A stretch of DNA of 64,000 bases from the NCBI GenBank assembly GCA_001600815.1, contig BCKZ01000028.1, positions 124,001-188,000 on the forward strand. Reading direction: 5' to 3'. Positions 24,410 through 36,930 of this stretch are shown here, piece after piece. Position 1 is the first letter of the stretch. Each line of letters begins with the position of its first letter. The DNA is from Alloascoidea hylecoeti (Eukaryota). Made by a program: the position numbers and the translations under genes. Under the pieces are notes generated by a model. That model did no database searches, was not told the DNA's origin, and saw nothing but the letters and a program-made list of their open reading frames with translations.

Positions 24410-27400
24410 GGTCAAAATAATTTATTATTTGTAATTGAATATCATATTTCATCATTTTTATTTTGGATTATAATATAAATAACAAATTAGTGATAAAGAA
24501 CTAAAAATGAAAAAGTTTGTTATTTGTTTGGTGCTAAGTAAAGAATTCTATCATATTAAGTAGACATGTATAATCGACCTACTCTAGATTTTGAGTTGTC
24601 CCTTATCACTCGTGAAGTGATATTTGTCGTCGTTATCGGTGCTATATTGACCTTTACGTTCGTGTGGGGAAAACATGCGAAACACTCTAAACCCGCAAAG
24701 GCTGCTATTAATCGGCAACAGCACTACAAATCTAGGTCTGCCAATTTGTCTTCCAATGCTCCCATAATTTTTAGGAGAAGATGGGATACAATATTCTATG
24801 CAGAACTTCTACTCATGTACTGCGGTGGACCCTGAACATGTACAGGAGTATTCACAACATAAGCTTCTTGACAGGTGATCAGATCGGGAAACTCAACCTA
24901 TTATTATAACACAATATACAGAATTAGATTTCTTGATATATGTGAATCATTGCATTATCGTGTTCATGGTTACAGGGATCGATGAATATCAATGATGTCC
25001 TGATCCATGAAGTCTCAGATTTTTGAAAGAAAAAGAAACAATAGGTCTATCTTTCTTCGTCATATTCTATGTTTAAGGTTCATAATCTCAATTGCTGGTT
25101 AGTGGTGAACTTTCATGAAGAAATTCTGCACATGCTAGCACTATACGATTTAGTACGACCTCCTTTCCAAATTTCTCCCCATGCCATAGGTCTTACCCAC
25201 ACAAACTTCCTTATATTATAAAAGGCTTTGAGATTCGATGGTTTGGCGTGATTGTAGTCGAGAATAAAACTTTTTCGGAAGGAACCTTTACCAACCAAAC
25301 ATTCGTCATTAAATACAACGCCATCCAAGGTTCGCTCAACAGAATTCCAGAAGTCATTCTATGGTATAATTGAAAAATATGGGTCTTCTTATGTAGGGGT
25401 ATCTGAAGAAAGTGAGTTTAATCTAGGCCTGGCAGTTTATGCATATAGATTTTGATTGTAACTAGTAAAAGTTTGTGAGATAACATATTGGTAACTCATC
25501 AGTTTTATTTTATTTTGTGGATTGGTACCGGTTAAAAGTAATTCTCAGGCCTGATTAGTCAATTGATTATTCTTGGCCATAAATCACGATCGCGATGATA
25601 TCTATAAAAAAAATAAAAGTATAAACACAATATTTATAGGTATACTATTCATAGGTTTTATTTCAAAGTAATTTTGCCACATATAGTTAGCATTATAATC
25701 AATATAAAAGAAGAACGAAATCTATTTCTTGGAGTTTATTCTTCACCTTTCAATCCTTCTATTCAAAAATTAGATTAAGTGCAGCATTATGCCTACAACA
25801 ATGATACTACAAGTTTCAAGAATATAGAAAACGTTAGATTATAATTATATATAGACTATATATCCCCGTACAATCTTAAAGAATGAACCAAGATTATTTT
25901 TATTCCCCAACCCTATACGTATAAGCTTACAAGAGGGTGTATCAAACAATTATTTGAAAAAACAGCGAATCCATTTAAATATTAGTAGATATATGGAGTT
26001 GAAACAACAAGCCCAAAACTAAAAGTAATAAAAACTTGAAAAGTAATCATTATATATGCACATATTTAGTAAGTTTACGCAGAATAATATTTGTAGTATT
26101 TGTACTGGAAGCCTTGTTTTATTAACAATGTCTAGATCTCATCTTACCATAATTGTAATATATTCCTGGGAGCCGCATTAATTGTGACTCGATATATCTG
26201 TATATCTAAATATTATATAGCAAGATCCTAGAGTTCTTCTAATGATTCATTCAGCGGCTTTTTCAGCCTCATTAAAAATATATGCCTGAGAAAAAACACT
26301 GAGGATCAAGTTGAAATTGCCAGAATTTTAAATCTTGGGATGCCGTACTCAATCACTCATCAGTTACCGTTAATTAGGCATCGACCCTGCCTCGTTAGAG
26401 ATGCAGATACTATATCGCAAACTATAGCCGATACGGAGGCGATGATAGAATAAATTTAACGTAAATATGATATAGTCTACATTTGCGATCTGGCTATTCT
26501 ACAAACATGAACAATCTACATGTGCATTACCCTGTGCCTCTTAACTTTTATATATACCATTTTTTCATCTTATTGGTGGTAGCAACTTGTTATTATAAAA
26601 TATTTGCAAAATTTCTGGGAAACCGCTAAATGAAGTAATTAGCTAATTATCTGGCCTGAGTGGGCTTACCATTGAGATGTCATGAATCATGATTATACGA
26701 TCGTAGTGATTCGTATACTCGAACAAAACACTATACATGAACACCAAAATATTGTTGCATTACAACCACGAATTAAAAAACCAGCAAAAAGTGTAATTAT
26801 AGTCTATTACAAATAGAGTCACTAAATTCTATTCAATCCTATAGATATTTGTTTGATATTTTGATTTCGGAAATTTTGTTGTGGTGCGAGCTTTCTTTCA
26901 GCGATTTAGTGCATGGAGCTCACTTGCTCCAATCTTCCAACACACAGTTCTCTTTGTTATCTTTGGTGAATTATATGTAATTACTTTACCTCTACTAAAT
27001 GTTTTAATCACACTTAGAATGGATTTTAGTGGATCTTCGAGTACTGTGGTGGAAATTTGAGCTAATAAAGTTTCCTGGATCTCTAGATCTAGATATTTCT
27101 CCAAATGCGGAAACCATCATCATAAAGGTATCTCATACGTTTTCATTTTTTCAACCTCTCTGAATTCCGTTGATATCTTCTGGGAATCAAAAGAGAAACT
27201 TTTTCAGTAGTTACAAAGCCTCAACAAATATTTTTAGGGACTATATCCTCGGTCCTTGGCTTTTAGTATATTTTACTTAAATCCTTTTTCTATTCAGACC
27301 GGTGATTAATAGGATTTGTTATAATCTTCTTGTCATAGATATTGTTCAGCCAATTCTTTAGTGAACCACAGCATGGAATATCTAACACTTACTTCTTCAG

Positions 27401-29245
27401 AATAGCATTCACATAAAGTGGATACTCTAAGACTGACTGTGTACTTGTTTCATCATGGTTCCAAACATGTGAGACTGACCGTGGCGATGTATTGAAAGAA
27501 CCACGAATTAAGGTAGATACGAATCTGTAAGCATCAAGTTTTGTTGTTTTTTTCTATATAAGTTAATAATTTCTTTCAATAACCCTTCAACTACAATTCC
27601 AGGGAAAAATAATGATATGTTAACGCAAATATATTTTTACACGCCCCACAATCAAGCAACGCACCACAACGCTATCAGGTAGTAGACAACAATTTTCAAC
27701 TTAAGTCATATCGCGGAACGATCCCTTGCTCATAAGAGTACATAGAGGCTTCTATTATCGGTGAGAGTCTTGTCGTGGTAATTTACGGTGCTAGTGATCG
27801 TGAGGAGTGGCTTTTGAGATACTAAATTTGTTGTCATACCCTTCAACAAATTAGGTTTTAAGTTGGAACTTATGAGCTTAATACACCACATATCATTTGT
27901 AATAGATTATATTTTTTTCTGGGGTTTCATTTCGTAGTTAAAATTTTTGACTATTCGAATATGGTGTTTTGTTCAACTAGCGTAAGTTTACTTGTGTACC
28001 TATGCGGCGATGTTAATTATAACGGTGGACCAGTTATAATTCAATTCAATTGTTTGTGAGCTTCGCTATAGCTATGAAATATTTATTGACTGTTTGCTTA
28101 AGCTTTAATATAAATTATACCTTAGTGATATTGATATTTCATTTTTTCTCAATTCAATCCTATAAACTTGTCAGTCAGCCCCTCTCTAGGTAAATAGGAG
28201 TGCTTGAAATCAACCATTTCATTGAAAAGCTTGAAAATCTTAATTTCAATCGGCTGTTGTACAATCTCTGTTACAAATTTGTCAATTAAAATCAATTGTA
28301 AATACAAGCATATTATAACCACATGAGCACCATATACATTTTATTACTTACACACATCCTCAACCAGCAAGGCGTTCGCGAGAAAAAGGACAGATGTATT
28401 TATTTTTATAGATGTCTCGATATAAATAGCCAAAACAATTTTTGCTTCGAATTTCAGAGCATTTATTATATTATCATTATCAATGACCAGTATGAAAAAT
28501 ACCTAATAATGTGTAAGTATCCTAATGCTTACGACCATGCTGCCATTCGCATCACATCTTGCCATAAAGTATGAATTCCGCTCAGTTTTCCGGACCATAT
28601 CCAAAATTTCTCCTTGGTTGCCACAGTACCGCATTAACGGATCATTTAATCTGTACCAATGCATAAATCCGTTCTGTTGATTGAACATGATTTTGTCATT
28701 TAGATATTTCGTCGACGATAGATCTAGCTAGTCTTTCTTATTCTAAATGATTGATAAATATTACCTTTTATATCATCAGGTCATGAAAAACTACTATTCT
28801 AGTGAATATATATGCATATAATGAAAATAATAATCAAAGATATATAAAATTAATGTGAATAAAGGTCTTAATTAAATATAGCTATACCAACTTTTTGTCA
28901 TGTAATTAATTAACCTTCTAGATGTATAATCTAAATTATCCAGTTGTCTCCAGATTTTCCTGCATAATTGTAGTGATCATTTCCCCGGCTCAATCATCCG
29001 GGGAATCACATAATTATCTGTAAGTTTGAAACATTATATTTTTGGCATCTACAGTTAAGAATCGCCTAATATTGTGCATTTAAAGTAAAAAAATATATAC
29101 CTATTTTGGTGTTAACAATCCAAAAGGGCTTTAAATATTCAATAATAATCATACTGCCATTTTCTATATAAAATTGCACTGTCTTCTCTTTCCTTAAACT
29201 TGCTATCGACGTTCTTATATCAAATTCACATTTCAATTTTAAAAA

Positions 29246-30868
29246 ATGACTAGAAAAGAATCTGTAAATTCAGTTGCAGACCCCGAAAAGAATTCAATTG
29301 AAAAAAATAATATAATTGAAACTTCATTATTCGATTTAGTTCCACAATATGATAAATATTGGTTTAAGATACCGCATTTGTTAAGATTAAACCTTTGCTT
29401 ATTAGTTATTATATTATCCAATGCTTCCTTAGGTTTTGATTTTTCAATGCTTAATGGTTTACAATCTGTTAATAAATGGATGGATGATATGGGTAATCCA
29501 TCAGGCGCTGTTCTAGGTGCTTTATCAAATGGTATATATTTTGGTTATTTTCTTTCATTTTGGTTCGCCCCATGGTTATGTGATACCCATGGTAGGAAAG
29601 CTGCTATTATATTTGGTAATGCGATTTTACTTGTGGGAATTGTCATACAAACTGCTTCAAATGGTTATGCTTGCTTCTTAGTTGCTAGAATAGTATTGGG
29701 TGCTGGTATAACAGTGGCTGCAATTGCATCTGTGCCATTATTATCTGAAATTGCTTATCCAACACAAAGAGAAATGGCAACAACCTGTTATCAAACATTT
29801 TATTATGGTGGTGCAATCGTTGCTGCTTGGAGTACTTATGGCTGTTATTTTTTGGGTAATACATCATGGGCATGGAGAGCTTTAAGTGTTTTACAAGGTT
29901 TATTCCCAATTATACAAATGTGTTTTATTTGGTTTGTACCAGAAAGTCCAAGATTTTTGGTTTCAAGAGGGAAAGTTGATGCTGCACGTAGCATGTTGAT
30001 GAAATGGCACGGTGGTGATGATGAAGAAAGGTGTGGTGCTTTTATTGATTATGAATTAGCTGAAATTTCAAATGCCATTGAGAACGAAAAGGCAAATAGT
30101 GGAGCTGAATATAAAACTTTCTTAAAAACAAAAGGTAATCAACATCGTCTTGTAATTACAATCTTTTTACCAATTTTAATGCAATTATCTGGCAATAGTT
30201 TGGTGAGTTATTATCTTAACAAAGTTTTGAATAGTATTGGTATTACTTCATCTTCTGAACAATTAATTATCAACGGTGCATTAATGATTTACAATCAAGG
30301 TGTTGCAATGATATCACCATTTTTCGTCGCTCGTGTTGGGAGAAGAGTTATGTTCTTATTTAGCACGATATCAATGCTTATTTGTTACTTAATTTGGACT
30401 GTACTATCAGCTATTAATCAACAAAGAAATTTTGAAGATAAAATGCTGGGTAAAGGTGTTTTAGCAATGATTTTCTTATATTATTTTGCATACGATAGTG
30501 GTTTATGTGGGTTACCATATCTATATTTAACAGAAGTTCTACCGTTTTCTCTAAGATCAAAAGGGGTTAATATTTTCTCTTTAATTCAATATCTTGCATT
30601 GATATTCACAGGGTTTGTGAACCCAATTGCAATGGACGCAATTGCATGGAAATACTATATTGTATGGACATGTTGGTTATCTGTTGAGATTTTAATCGTT
30701 TATTTCGTTTTCCCAGAAACAAGAGGTTATTCATTAGAAGAAGTTGCAGTTGTTTTCGGTGATTCTGTTGTTAAAACCAATATTAACAATACTAATTCTG
30801 AAAAATCGAACCTTCAAGAATTAAAAACTGAGGAAGAACAAGTGGAAAGAAATAGTGTTGAGAATTAA
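29246..30868 (+). CDS. MFS sugar porter, LAC12/cellodextrin-transporter-like, 540 aa; intronless paralog of 481..2143
   Basis: Long identical peptide blocks shared with the first gene (LGNTSWAWRALS, QLSGNSLVSYY, GVLAMIFLYYFAYDSGLCGLP, FPETRGY). Confidence 0.95.
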   Translation: MTRKESVNSVADPEKNSIEKNNIIETSLFDLVPQYDKYWFKIPHLLRLNLCLLVIILSNASLGFDFSMLNGLQSVNKWMDDMGNPSGAVLGALSNGIYFGYFLSFWFAPWLCDTHGRKAAIIFGNAILLVGIVIQTASNGYACFLVARIVLGAGITVAAIASVPLLSEIAYPTQREMATTCYQTFYYGGAIVAAWSTYGCYFLGNTSWAWRALSVLQGLFPIIQMCFIWFVPESPRFLVSRGKVDAARSMLMKWHGGDDEERCGAFIDYELAEISNAIENEKANSGAEYKTFLKTKGNQHRLVITIFLPILMQLSGNSLVSYYLNKVLNSIGITSSSEQLIINGALMIYNQGVAMISPFFVARVGRRVMFLFSTISMLICYLIWTVLSAINQQRNFEDKMLGKGVLAMIFLYYFAYDSGLCGLPYLYLTEVLPFSLRSKGVNIFSLIQYLALIFTGFVNPIAMDAIAWKYYIVWTCWLSVEILIVYFVFPETRGYSLEEVAVVFGDSVVKTNINNTNSEKSNLQELKTEEEQVERNSVEN

Positions 30869-31066
30869 ATTAAGGATTTTTATGATCTATGTTTTATATT
30901 TTGATGATTTTTATATTCGTAATTTTTTGTTTATGAAATCAATTTTCTTTATTTGCAGATGCAAATATAAATTAGCTAGATAAATAGAATATAGCTATTG
31001 ATAGCTATAATATATGTATTTAACAACTATGAAAAAAATCTTATAATTAGTATATTAATGTTAAGA

Positions 31067-31837
31067 TTAAACTATAATACCTTTTTTTGTGCCAAGAACC
31101 GCATTAAATAGTAATATTTCGATACCACTGATGCATTCTTCAAGCTTCACTTCACCTTCTTCGATGATTCCACCATCTAATAAGAATTTCCTAACAACAC
31201 CTTTAATAGGACCTGTTTTTCTTAGTTTCGGGGTAATCCATTTTTCACCTCTTTTAATTGCAAAATTTGTGATGGAACCTTCAGTAACATAATTATCTGA
31301 ATCATAAATTAATACTTCTTCAAATCCATTCTTATTTTTACCTGGTAATGATCTTTTTCTAGCTATGTTAAAATTGTTCCTTTCACTCGTTTTAAAATTT
31401 GAAATTGTAGAGAGATTATGAAAATATTTGAAATGTTCTGAATCAATATAAATGTCATATAATGATGTTGAATCTGATTCAATTCCATCAAAATATTTTC
31501 CAAATAATGGTGATATTAGTATAGATTCTGTAAATATGTCACCATTTTTATTTATTAGTAATCTAACCTTGTAACATTTACTTTTATCTTCTATCTCATC
31601 TATTGCTTTATTAACAATTGATAAGAATAAATCTGGTGTTAAATCTATTTCATAATTTAAAGATGTTATTGAATCTATAAGCCGTTTATAATGATAATCA
31701 TAAAATACAATATTATTCTGAATTGGAGCAGAAAGAGCCGAATGGGATCCAGTTAATAGTAATGATAAGACAGTAACCATAGGATCATATCTCATTGTAG
31801 TCAATACAGAAACCTCTTTTACAGGTTCATTTGTCAT
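31067..31837 (-). CDS. ABZ2: Aminodeoxychorismate lyase (PLP class IV aminotransferase-like)
   Basis: LTTMRYDP at the N-terminus, HYKRL, YKVRLLI, FKTSER, EEVLIY...VTEGSITNFAI, WITP..GVVRKFLL and LFNAVLG. Confidence 0.88.
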   Translation of the reverse strand: MTNEPVKEVSVLTTMRYDPMVTVLSLLLTGSHSALSAPIQNNIVFYDYHYKRLIDSITSLNYEIDLTPDLFLSIVNKAIDEIEDKSKCYKVRLLINKNGDIFTESILISPLFGKYFDGIESDSTSLYDIYIDSEHFKYFHNLSTISNFKTSERNNFNIARKRSLPGKNKNGFEEVLIYDSDNYVTEGSITNFAIKRGEKWITPKLRKTGPIKGVVRKFLLDGGIIEEGEVKLEECISGIEILLFNAVLGTKKGIIV

Positions 31838-32067
31838 TATTTCAACTGGTATTAATGTTCAAAAGATCTGAGGTTTGAAATAAATACCGTTCTGATATTT
31901 ACCCTCCCTATTTTTACTTCATACTTCTGTTATTTCTACCAGTTAGCTAAAATACTTTATAAATATCTAATAAATATAATTGATTCATATCGGAGATTTA
32001 GTTATAATATTATCTCGATCGATGTTTTCTTGTTATCATTAAGTATCAACTTTCTTTTAAACATTTT

Positions 32068-32081
32068 ATATCACGTGATAT
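32068..32081. promoter_or_regulatory. Palindromic CACGTG E-box (Cbf1/Tye7-type) in the ABZ2/PPR divergent promoter
   Basis: ATATCACGTGATAT 14-bp palindrome. Other CACGTG boxes lie upstream of BPH1 (6295) and the PYD3-like gene (~58655). Confidence 0.5.
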
Positions 32082-32148
32082 TATTTTTTATCCAACAGTT
32101 GTTGAAATATTTCACTTTCTTCACTACCAAAAAAAGTAGAATAAAAAG

Positions 32149-34305
32149 ATGATTCGTTCAATCACTCCAGTTTTACGGAAATCGATTTTTTCTGTAAATA
32201 GTCGGGTTTTACCTTCAATTTTTCCTCAAGCTAATAATGCCAAAGGTTTAATAAATCATACCGTTTGGGCTCGGTTAATTCAGACAGATTCTTCATATCA
32301 GCAAGAAGAAAATTTGATTGTTAATAAAAACAACAATAACAACGTTAATAATAATAATTCAAATCAAGAAAGGAGACAGGACCGTCCATTAAGACCAGTT
32401 GATCAGTTCATAAATTTAGCAAAAGAAGCTAGATATGTTGAGGCAGCCAATTATTTTATTGAAAACCCAAACGAAAGGTATTTTGCAACAGGTATTAGAA
32501 TAGCTTCAAGCAAGGTATTACAGCAGATTATAAGTGATGAGAATACCACTATTGATGTTGTTCAATTTGTTCATCTTTTAACAAAATCTAATGCCTTGGG
32601 GGGCATGTCTTATATAGAGGCCTTAACTTCATTACTCCAGAACGGAAAGAGTAATGAAGCATTAAATGTTTATGTTGAATTATTAGCACATATAAAAACT
32701 AATAATTCTACGTATAATAACAAAACTCCTTTTGCTGCCCAGGTTTTGGGTTTAACTGCTTATCTTCAAACAACTATTCAAAATAAATCTGAACCATCAG
32801 TTGATGATATTAAAATTTTGTTTCCAACTTTAGATATACCAAGTCTTTATACTTTTAAAAATATTTTAAATGATAGAGGAATTAAAGAAGAATCGATTGA
32901 AACAATTTTACCAATTGTTAAAAATTTGAAAGTTAAAACATTTAAAATTACTGAAGGTCAAATTAAAACTTTAGCTCTCAATAGTAAATATAAACAATTA
33001 GTTCAATTATATGATGAGGCTAAGGAATCATATAAGGCTCAAGATTTACAGATACCTGAATTTGTTTATTCTCGCATGATGTGGGCATTTAATCTATTGG
33101 AAGATAGTGAAAGATCCTATAAAATTTGGAATGATATGCAAGAAGCTGGAGTGACTCCTTCATATGAAGCTTGGAATATATTATTAAGATCTGCCTCTTT
33201 AACACCAAAAGAATCAAGATTAGCTGAGGTAAAAAGAGTCTGGGTCAGCATGGCCGAAAACAATGTTGTACCGGATGGTGTATGTTATAGTATATTGATT
33301 GGTGTTTATATATCATTGGGTAATATTGAAAAAGCTCGTGAAATCTTTGAAGCTATAAAAGCAGGAAAAATTGATAACGTTAAATTATCCACTTTTATTA
33401 TCAACCCTTATATGTCTGGTTTGGTAGCATCTGGTGAAATGGATGAAGCATCAAAATTATTAAAAGAATCAATTTCTTCGGGCTTTGTACCATCATTGGA
33501 AATTTGCAATAAATTTTTAAATAGTTATATCAAACAAGGGAAAATTAAAGCAAGTAAGACAATTTTTGAATATATGGATCAAACTGGTATAGAACCAGAT
33601 GTTGCAACATATACAATCATGATTGATTCTTTGTTTAAATCTTCTGCTAACACAAACGTTTCAATTAAAAAATCTCTGAATAATTTGATTTCTGAAATGT
33701 CAGCAAAAGGAATTAAAATGAATTCAACTACTTGCACTGCAATACTTGATGGTATAATCAAAAATGATGGTAATATTGTTTCCGCTCGTGCTATATGGGA
33801 ATTTATGAGTGAGCACAAAATTCCAAAGACCTTAACAGTCTATACCTCGATGATCACGGCTGAAATGACAAAAGGTACATCAGAACTAGCTTCAAAATTA
33901 TTTAACGAACTATTGGAAGAAATTCAAGAAGGCTTGGATATTAGATATTGGAATGTAATGATCAAAGGTTTTCTTCAAAATGGTAATTTAAATAAAGCCT
34001 ATACTTACTATGAAATGCTTAAAGAACATGCTAAGCGTTATGCACATTCAAAAGGTGGTAGATTAAATCCAAATAGATTTACTTACTACTTTTTATTGGA
34101 TAGTGTATTAAGAAATAATAGTATTGAATTAACAAATCATTTACTTGAAGATATGGAAACATCTAAATTTTATCTACATTGCTTCGATGGTCGTTTAGGA
34201 TCTAAAATATTACAAGCAAATAATATGGATTTTAATGTTAGTCAAACACTTATGGATTGGGCTGAAGCCTCCATTGAAAGAGATCCTAAAACAAATGACT
34301 ATTAA
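32149..34305 (+). CDS. Mitochondrial pentatricopeptide-repeat protein, 718 aa
   Basis: Arg/Ser-rich, acid-free presequence (MIRSITPVLRKSIFS...) and ~35-aa repeats: PSYEAWNILL, PDGVCYSILI, PDVATYTIMID, VYTSMI, YWNVMIKG, PNRFTYYFLL. Confidence 0.9.
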   Translation: MIRSITPVLRKSIFSVNSRVLPSIFPQANNAKGLINHTVWARLIQTDSSYQQEENLIVNKNNNNNVNNNNSNQERRQDRPLRPVDQFINLAKEARYVEAANYFIENPNERYFATGIRIASSKVLQQIISDENTTIDVVQFVHLLTKSNALGGMSYIEALTSLLQNGKSNEALNVYVELLAHIKTNNSTYNNKTPFAAQVLGLTAYLQTTIQNKSEPSVDDIKILFPTLDIPSLYTFKNILNDRGIKEESIETILPIVKNLKVKTFKITEGQIKTLALNSKYKQLVQLYDEAKESYKAQDLQIPEFVYSRMMWAFNLLEDSERSYKIWNDMQEAGVTPSYEAWNILLRSASLTPKESRLAEVKRVWVSMAENNVVPDGVCYSILIGVYISLGNIEKAREIFEAIKAGKIDNVKLSTFIINPYMSGLVASGEMDEASKLLKESISSGFVPSLEICNKFLNSYIKQGKIKASKTIFEYMDQTGIEPDVATYTIMIDSLFKSSANTNVSIKKSLNNLISEMSAKGIKMNSTTCTAILDGIIKNDGNIVSARAIWEFMSEHKIPKTLTVYTSMITAEMTKGTSELASKLFNELLEEIQEGLDIRYWNVMIKGFLQNGNLNKAYTYYEMLKEHAKRYAHSKGGRLNPNRFTYYFLLDSVLRNNSIELTNHLLEDMETSKFYLHCFDGRLGSKILQANNMDFNVSQTLMDWAEASIERDPKTNDY

Positions 34306-34795
34306 TATTAATAATAAATTCAAAAAGCAACAATTGCAACTATGTTGAATAAAGCATTATAAATTAAGTTGTTTCGAATTGTATTCATTGTTAAGTTTAT
34401 GATTGTGGTTTAATTTCATCTACTATTTGAGCATATTATCATTGTATATAAAAAAAAAAATATGAATAGAATAAAAATGATTCATTTTATAAGTCTATAT
34501 ATGTATAGATTTTATTGGACTATAAATGTATATTTACGTCCTTCTGTAATATTGTGTCTAGTTGTTGTTGTGGCTGCTGTAGTAGGTTTAATAAAGTATT
34601 ACGCATTGTATCTTCACTTGATGGCATATAGATTATGTTCTCTGTGTTATTTCCTCTCAACGATGTAGGAAATGTGTTTCATATATAATAACTATTTAAA
34701 TGAGTGTATAACTAAATAATTAAAATCAATAATATTTAAGGACACATATAATATTCTTCACCAACCTAACACTCCGGTATTAGTCAAAGGAATTA

Positions 34796-35305
34796 TTATC
34801 CAATAACATTTTGAGGAGTGTATGGCTTTTCCAAGTATTTAATGTCTTCAACACTAAGGACCACTTTAAGCGCTTCAACAGCTTCGTCAATTTTGCTTTC
34901 ACGATTAAACCCAATAATTGGACACATTCCTTTAGAAATAGGCTGTCGCAACTTGAGACATTAAAACTCCCTTTTCTTTGGCCACCTTTTCAACTCTCTT
35001 ATGAATTTCATTTGTGGAATTTGAAGTATCCATTAAAAATTCTTGAATGGCAAAAACAGTTTGAGAACGTAAAGAATTTGCCTTTTCCTTAATGGGACGT
35101 GCTAAAACTCCTCTAGCAAGTGGTGACCAAGGAATTATTCCAGCCCCAGTTTCATTACAGAACGGAATCATTTCCCTCTCTTCTTCTCTATAAATTAAAT
35201 TATAGAAATTTTGCATAGACCCGAGATGAATTTTGTCAAGCTATGATTCTCGGCCATGAATTGTAACTGCGCAAAGTCAACAGCTTTCATACTCAAAGCT
35301 CCAAT
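34796..35305 (-). pseudogene. Aldo-keto reductase (aryl-alcohol dehydrogenase/YPL088W-like) pseudogene, C-terminal half only
   Basis: IGALSMKAVDFAQLQFMAENHSLTKFIS / frameshift / MQNFYNLIYREEEREMIPFC..PWSPLARG..SQVATA / frameshift / ISKGMCPIIG...YLEKPYTPQNVIG*. No N-terminal half is visible upstream. Confidence 0.9.
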
Positions 35306-35411
35306 AATCAATTCTCTAGCTAAAGTTATTCAATCTTTAAGCTTGTAATTGTAATTGGACTGATGTTTATTTCTCTCTATTTATAAGTTTTACTCTATAT
35401 ATTAGAACACT

Positions 35412-35626
35412 TTGATGATATCTTTTAAAGCCTGTAAATGCATATTTCTACGGATAAATGCACCCCAAAAGTATTAATTCCCACCTCTGTTCTGCTTATT
35501 ATGAAAGGTTTCTTCTAGCCTTTAATTCAAAATTTTAATGATATATCCTTTAAATCCTGTAAATCCACATTTTAATGGATAAATTCACTCAAAAATTATT
35601 ATTTCCTAACTTTGTTTTGCTTATCA
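35412..35626. repeat. Diverged ~90-bp direct repeat (two copies)
   Basis: tttaaagcctgtaaatgcatatttctacggataaatgcacccc..tctgttctgcttat vs tttaaatcctgtaaatccacattttaatggataaattcactca..tttgttttgcttat. Confidence 0.75.
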
Positions 35627-36930
35627 AAAACCCCTAGTCCACTTTATTTAGTCATATAATATGCTCCCATTTAGTCTGTCAATTGTTGATATGAGCATCA
35701 TATGGCACTCTTTGGCAGTCGACATTTTTCATATCAATAATCAATAATTGTTTACAACTAATTGTTTGGCACTAAGCCTACTTCTACTATAGTAAGAGCA
35801 TCCCGGTATGTAATGAAAACATTTCCCATCCAATAAGATAATAGGTATAATTATTAAATCTTGGATATGGCCTGATCATGAATATATATAAACTTTAATG
35901 ACAATTGTTCTTTTGAATGCTGACAAAACTCCCTATAATTACACTTTAATATATATTATATATGGCTGGGAAATCATAAATAACTCATACAATTCCTTTT
36001 TGAAAATCTACTCCTAAATTACTAGTTATAATCAAAGTCTTTTTTCAAAAAATCACTTAAGCTTTCTAAAACTGGTTAATTAACCACGGATAGAACCACC
36101 TCTAACAATTTTTTAAAAATCATAGGAGAAATTTCCGCTGTTATTAATCTTACTCAAATCAATTTTTCAAATGCATCTTCTCCCAGAGATCTAACTATTT
36201 TACAATTAACCATTTTACAATTAACCATATCTTTCAACTCAGTTAACTTCTACATGTATGGCATGGCTTCATTTAATTGTGTAATATATCTTCCATTTTG
36301 TAATCTCTACAATAGGATAAAATCAGGTCGTAAAATAAAATTATTTAATTCCCGTTAATTTATCATACATTTACGAGAATATTTCATAGAAAAACAAATC
36401 TGTAACACAAATATAAAAACATGTATTCAGATATGTTAAGATTTCTCGGGTTAATTCGAAACTAATGTCCAACTCTATTACACAATCACAATTCTAATGG
36501 TCTTCAACTATCTTATCCATCGATCTCAAATTATGTGAAATTAAAGCATAGAAAGTAATTACATTTAGATCTATTATAAATTACAGATTAAGGTCTGGAA
36601 AAAAGTTGCAACATTGATGAACAGTAGAAATAGAATGGCCATCACACAATTATGATTGAATAAGTTTATGTTACATACATAAAATCAAAACTTAAGTACT
36701 AGTCTTACTGTCTTAGTAATAATCATTAATTACAAATATAGAACATTACTAGAATTACTAATTTCTTCATAATTTCATCTCGTTAATTAATATAAATAAA
36801 GTATAAAGGTATAATATTGCAATAGTAATTGTACGTTATATATAAACATAAGGGATTCGGAGAAAAATATCAAATGCTATCAACTTTGTATAACTTCTAT
36901 TTTTATTTTGGACATAAGCTTAATTATAAT

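Noticed and set aside
26898..27534. Possible histidine-phosphatase pseudogene (HRHGQS motif on the minus strand)
   Set aside because: Only a short motif among many stops, with no further family motifs I can support.
31985..32081. Point-centromere-like layout (ATCACGTG, ~78 bp AT-rich, CCGA on the minus strand)
   Set aside because: The CCG context lacks the CDEIII TGT...TTCCGAA pattern, the spacer is not AT-rich enough, and it sits in a short divergent promoter. A Cbf1-type site explains it.
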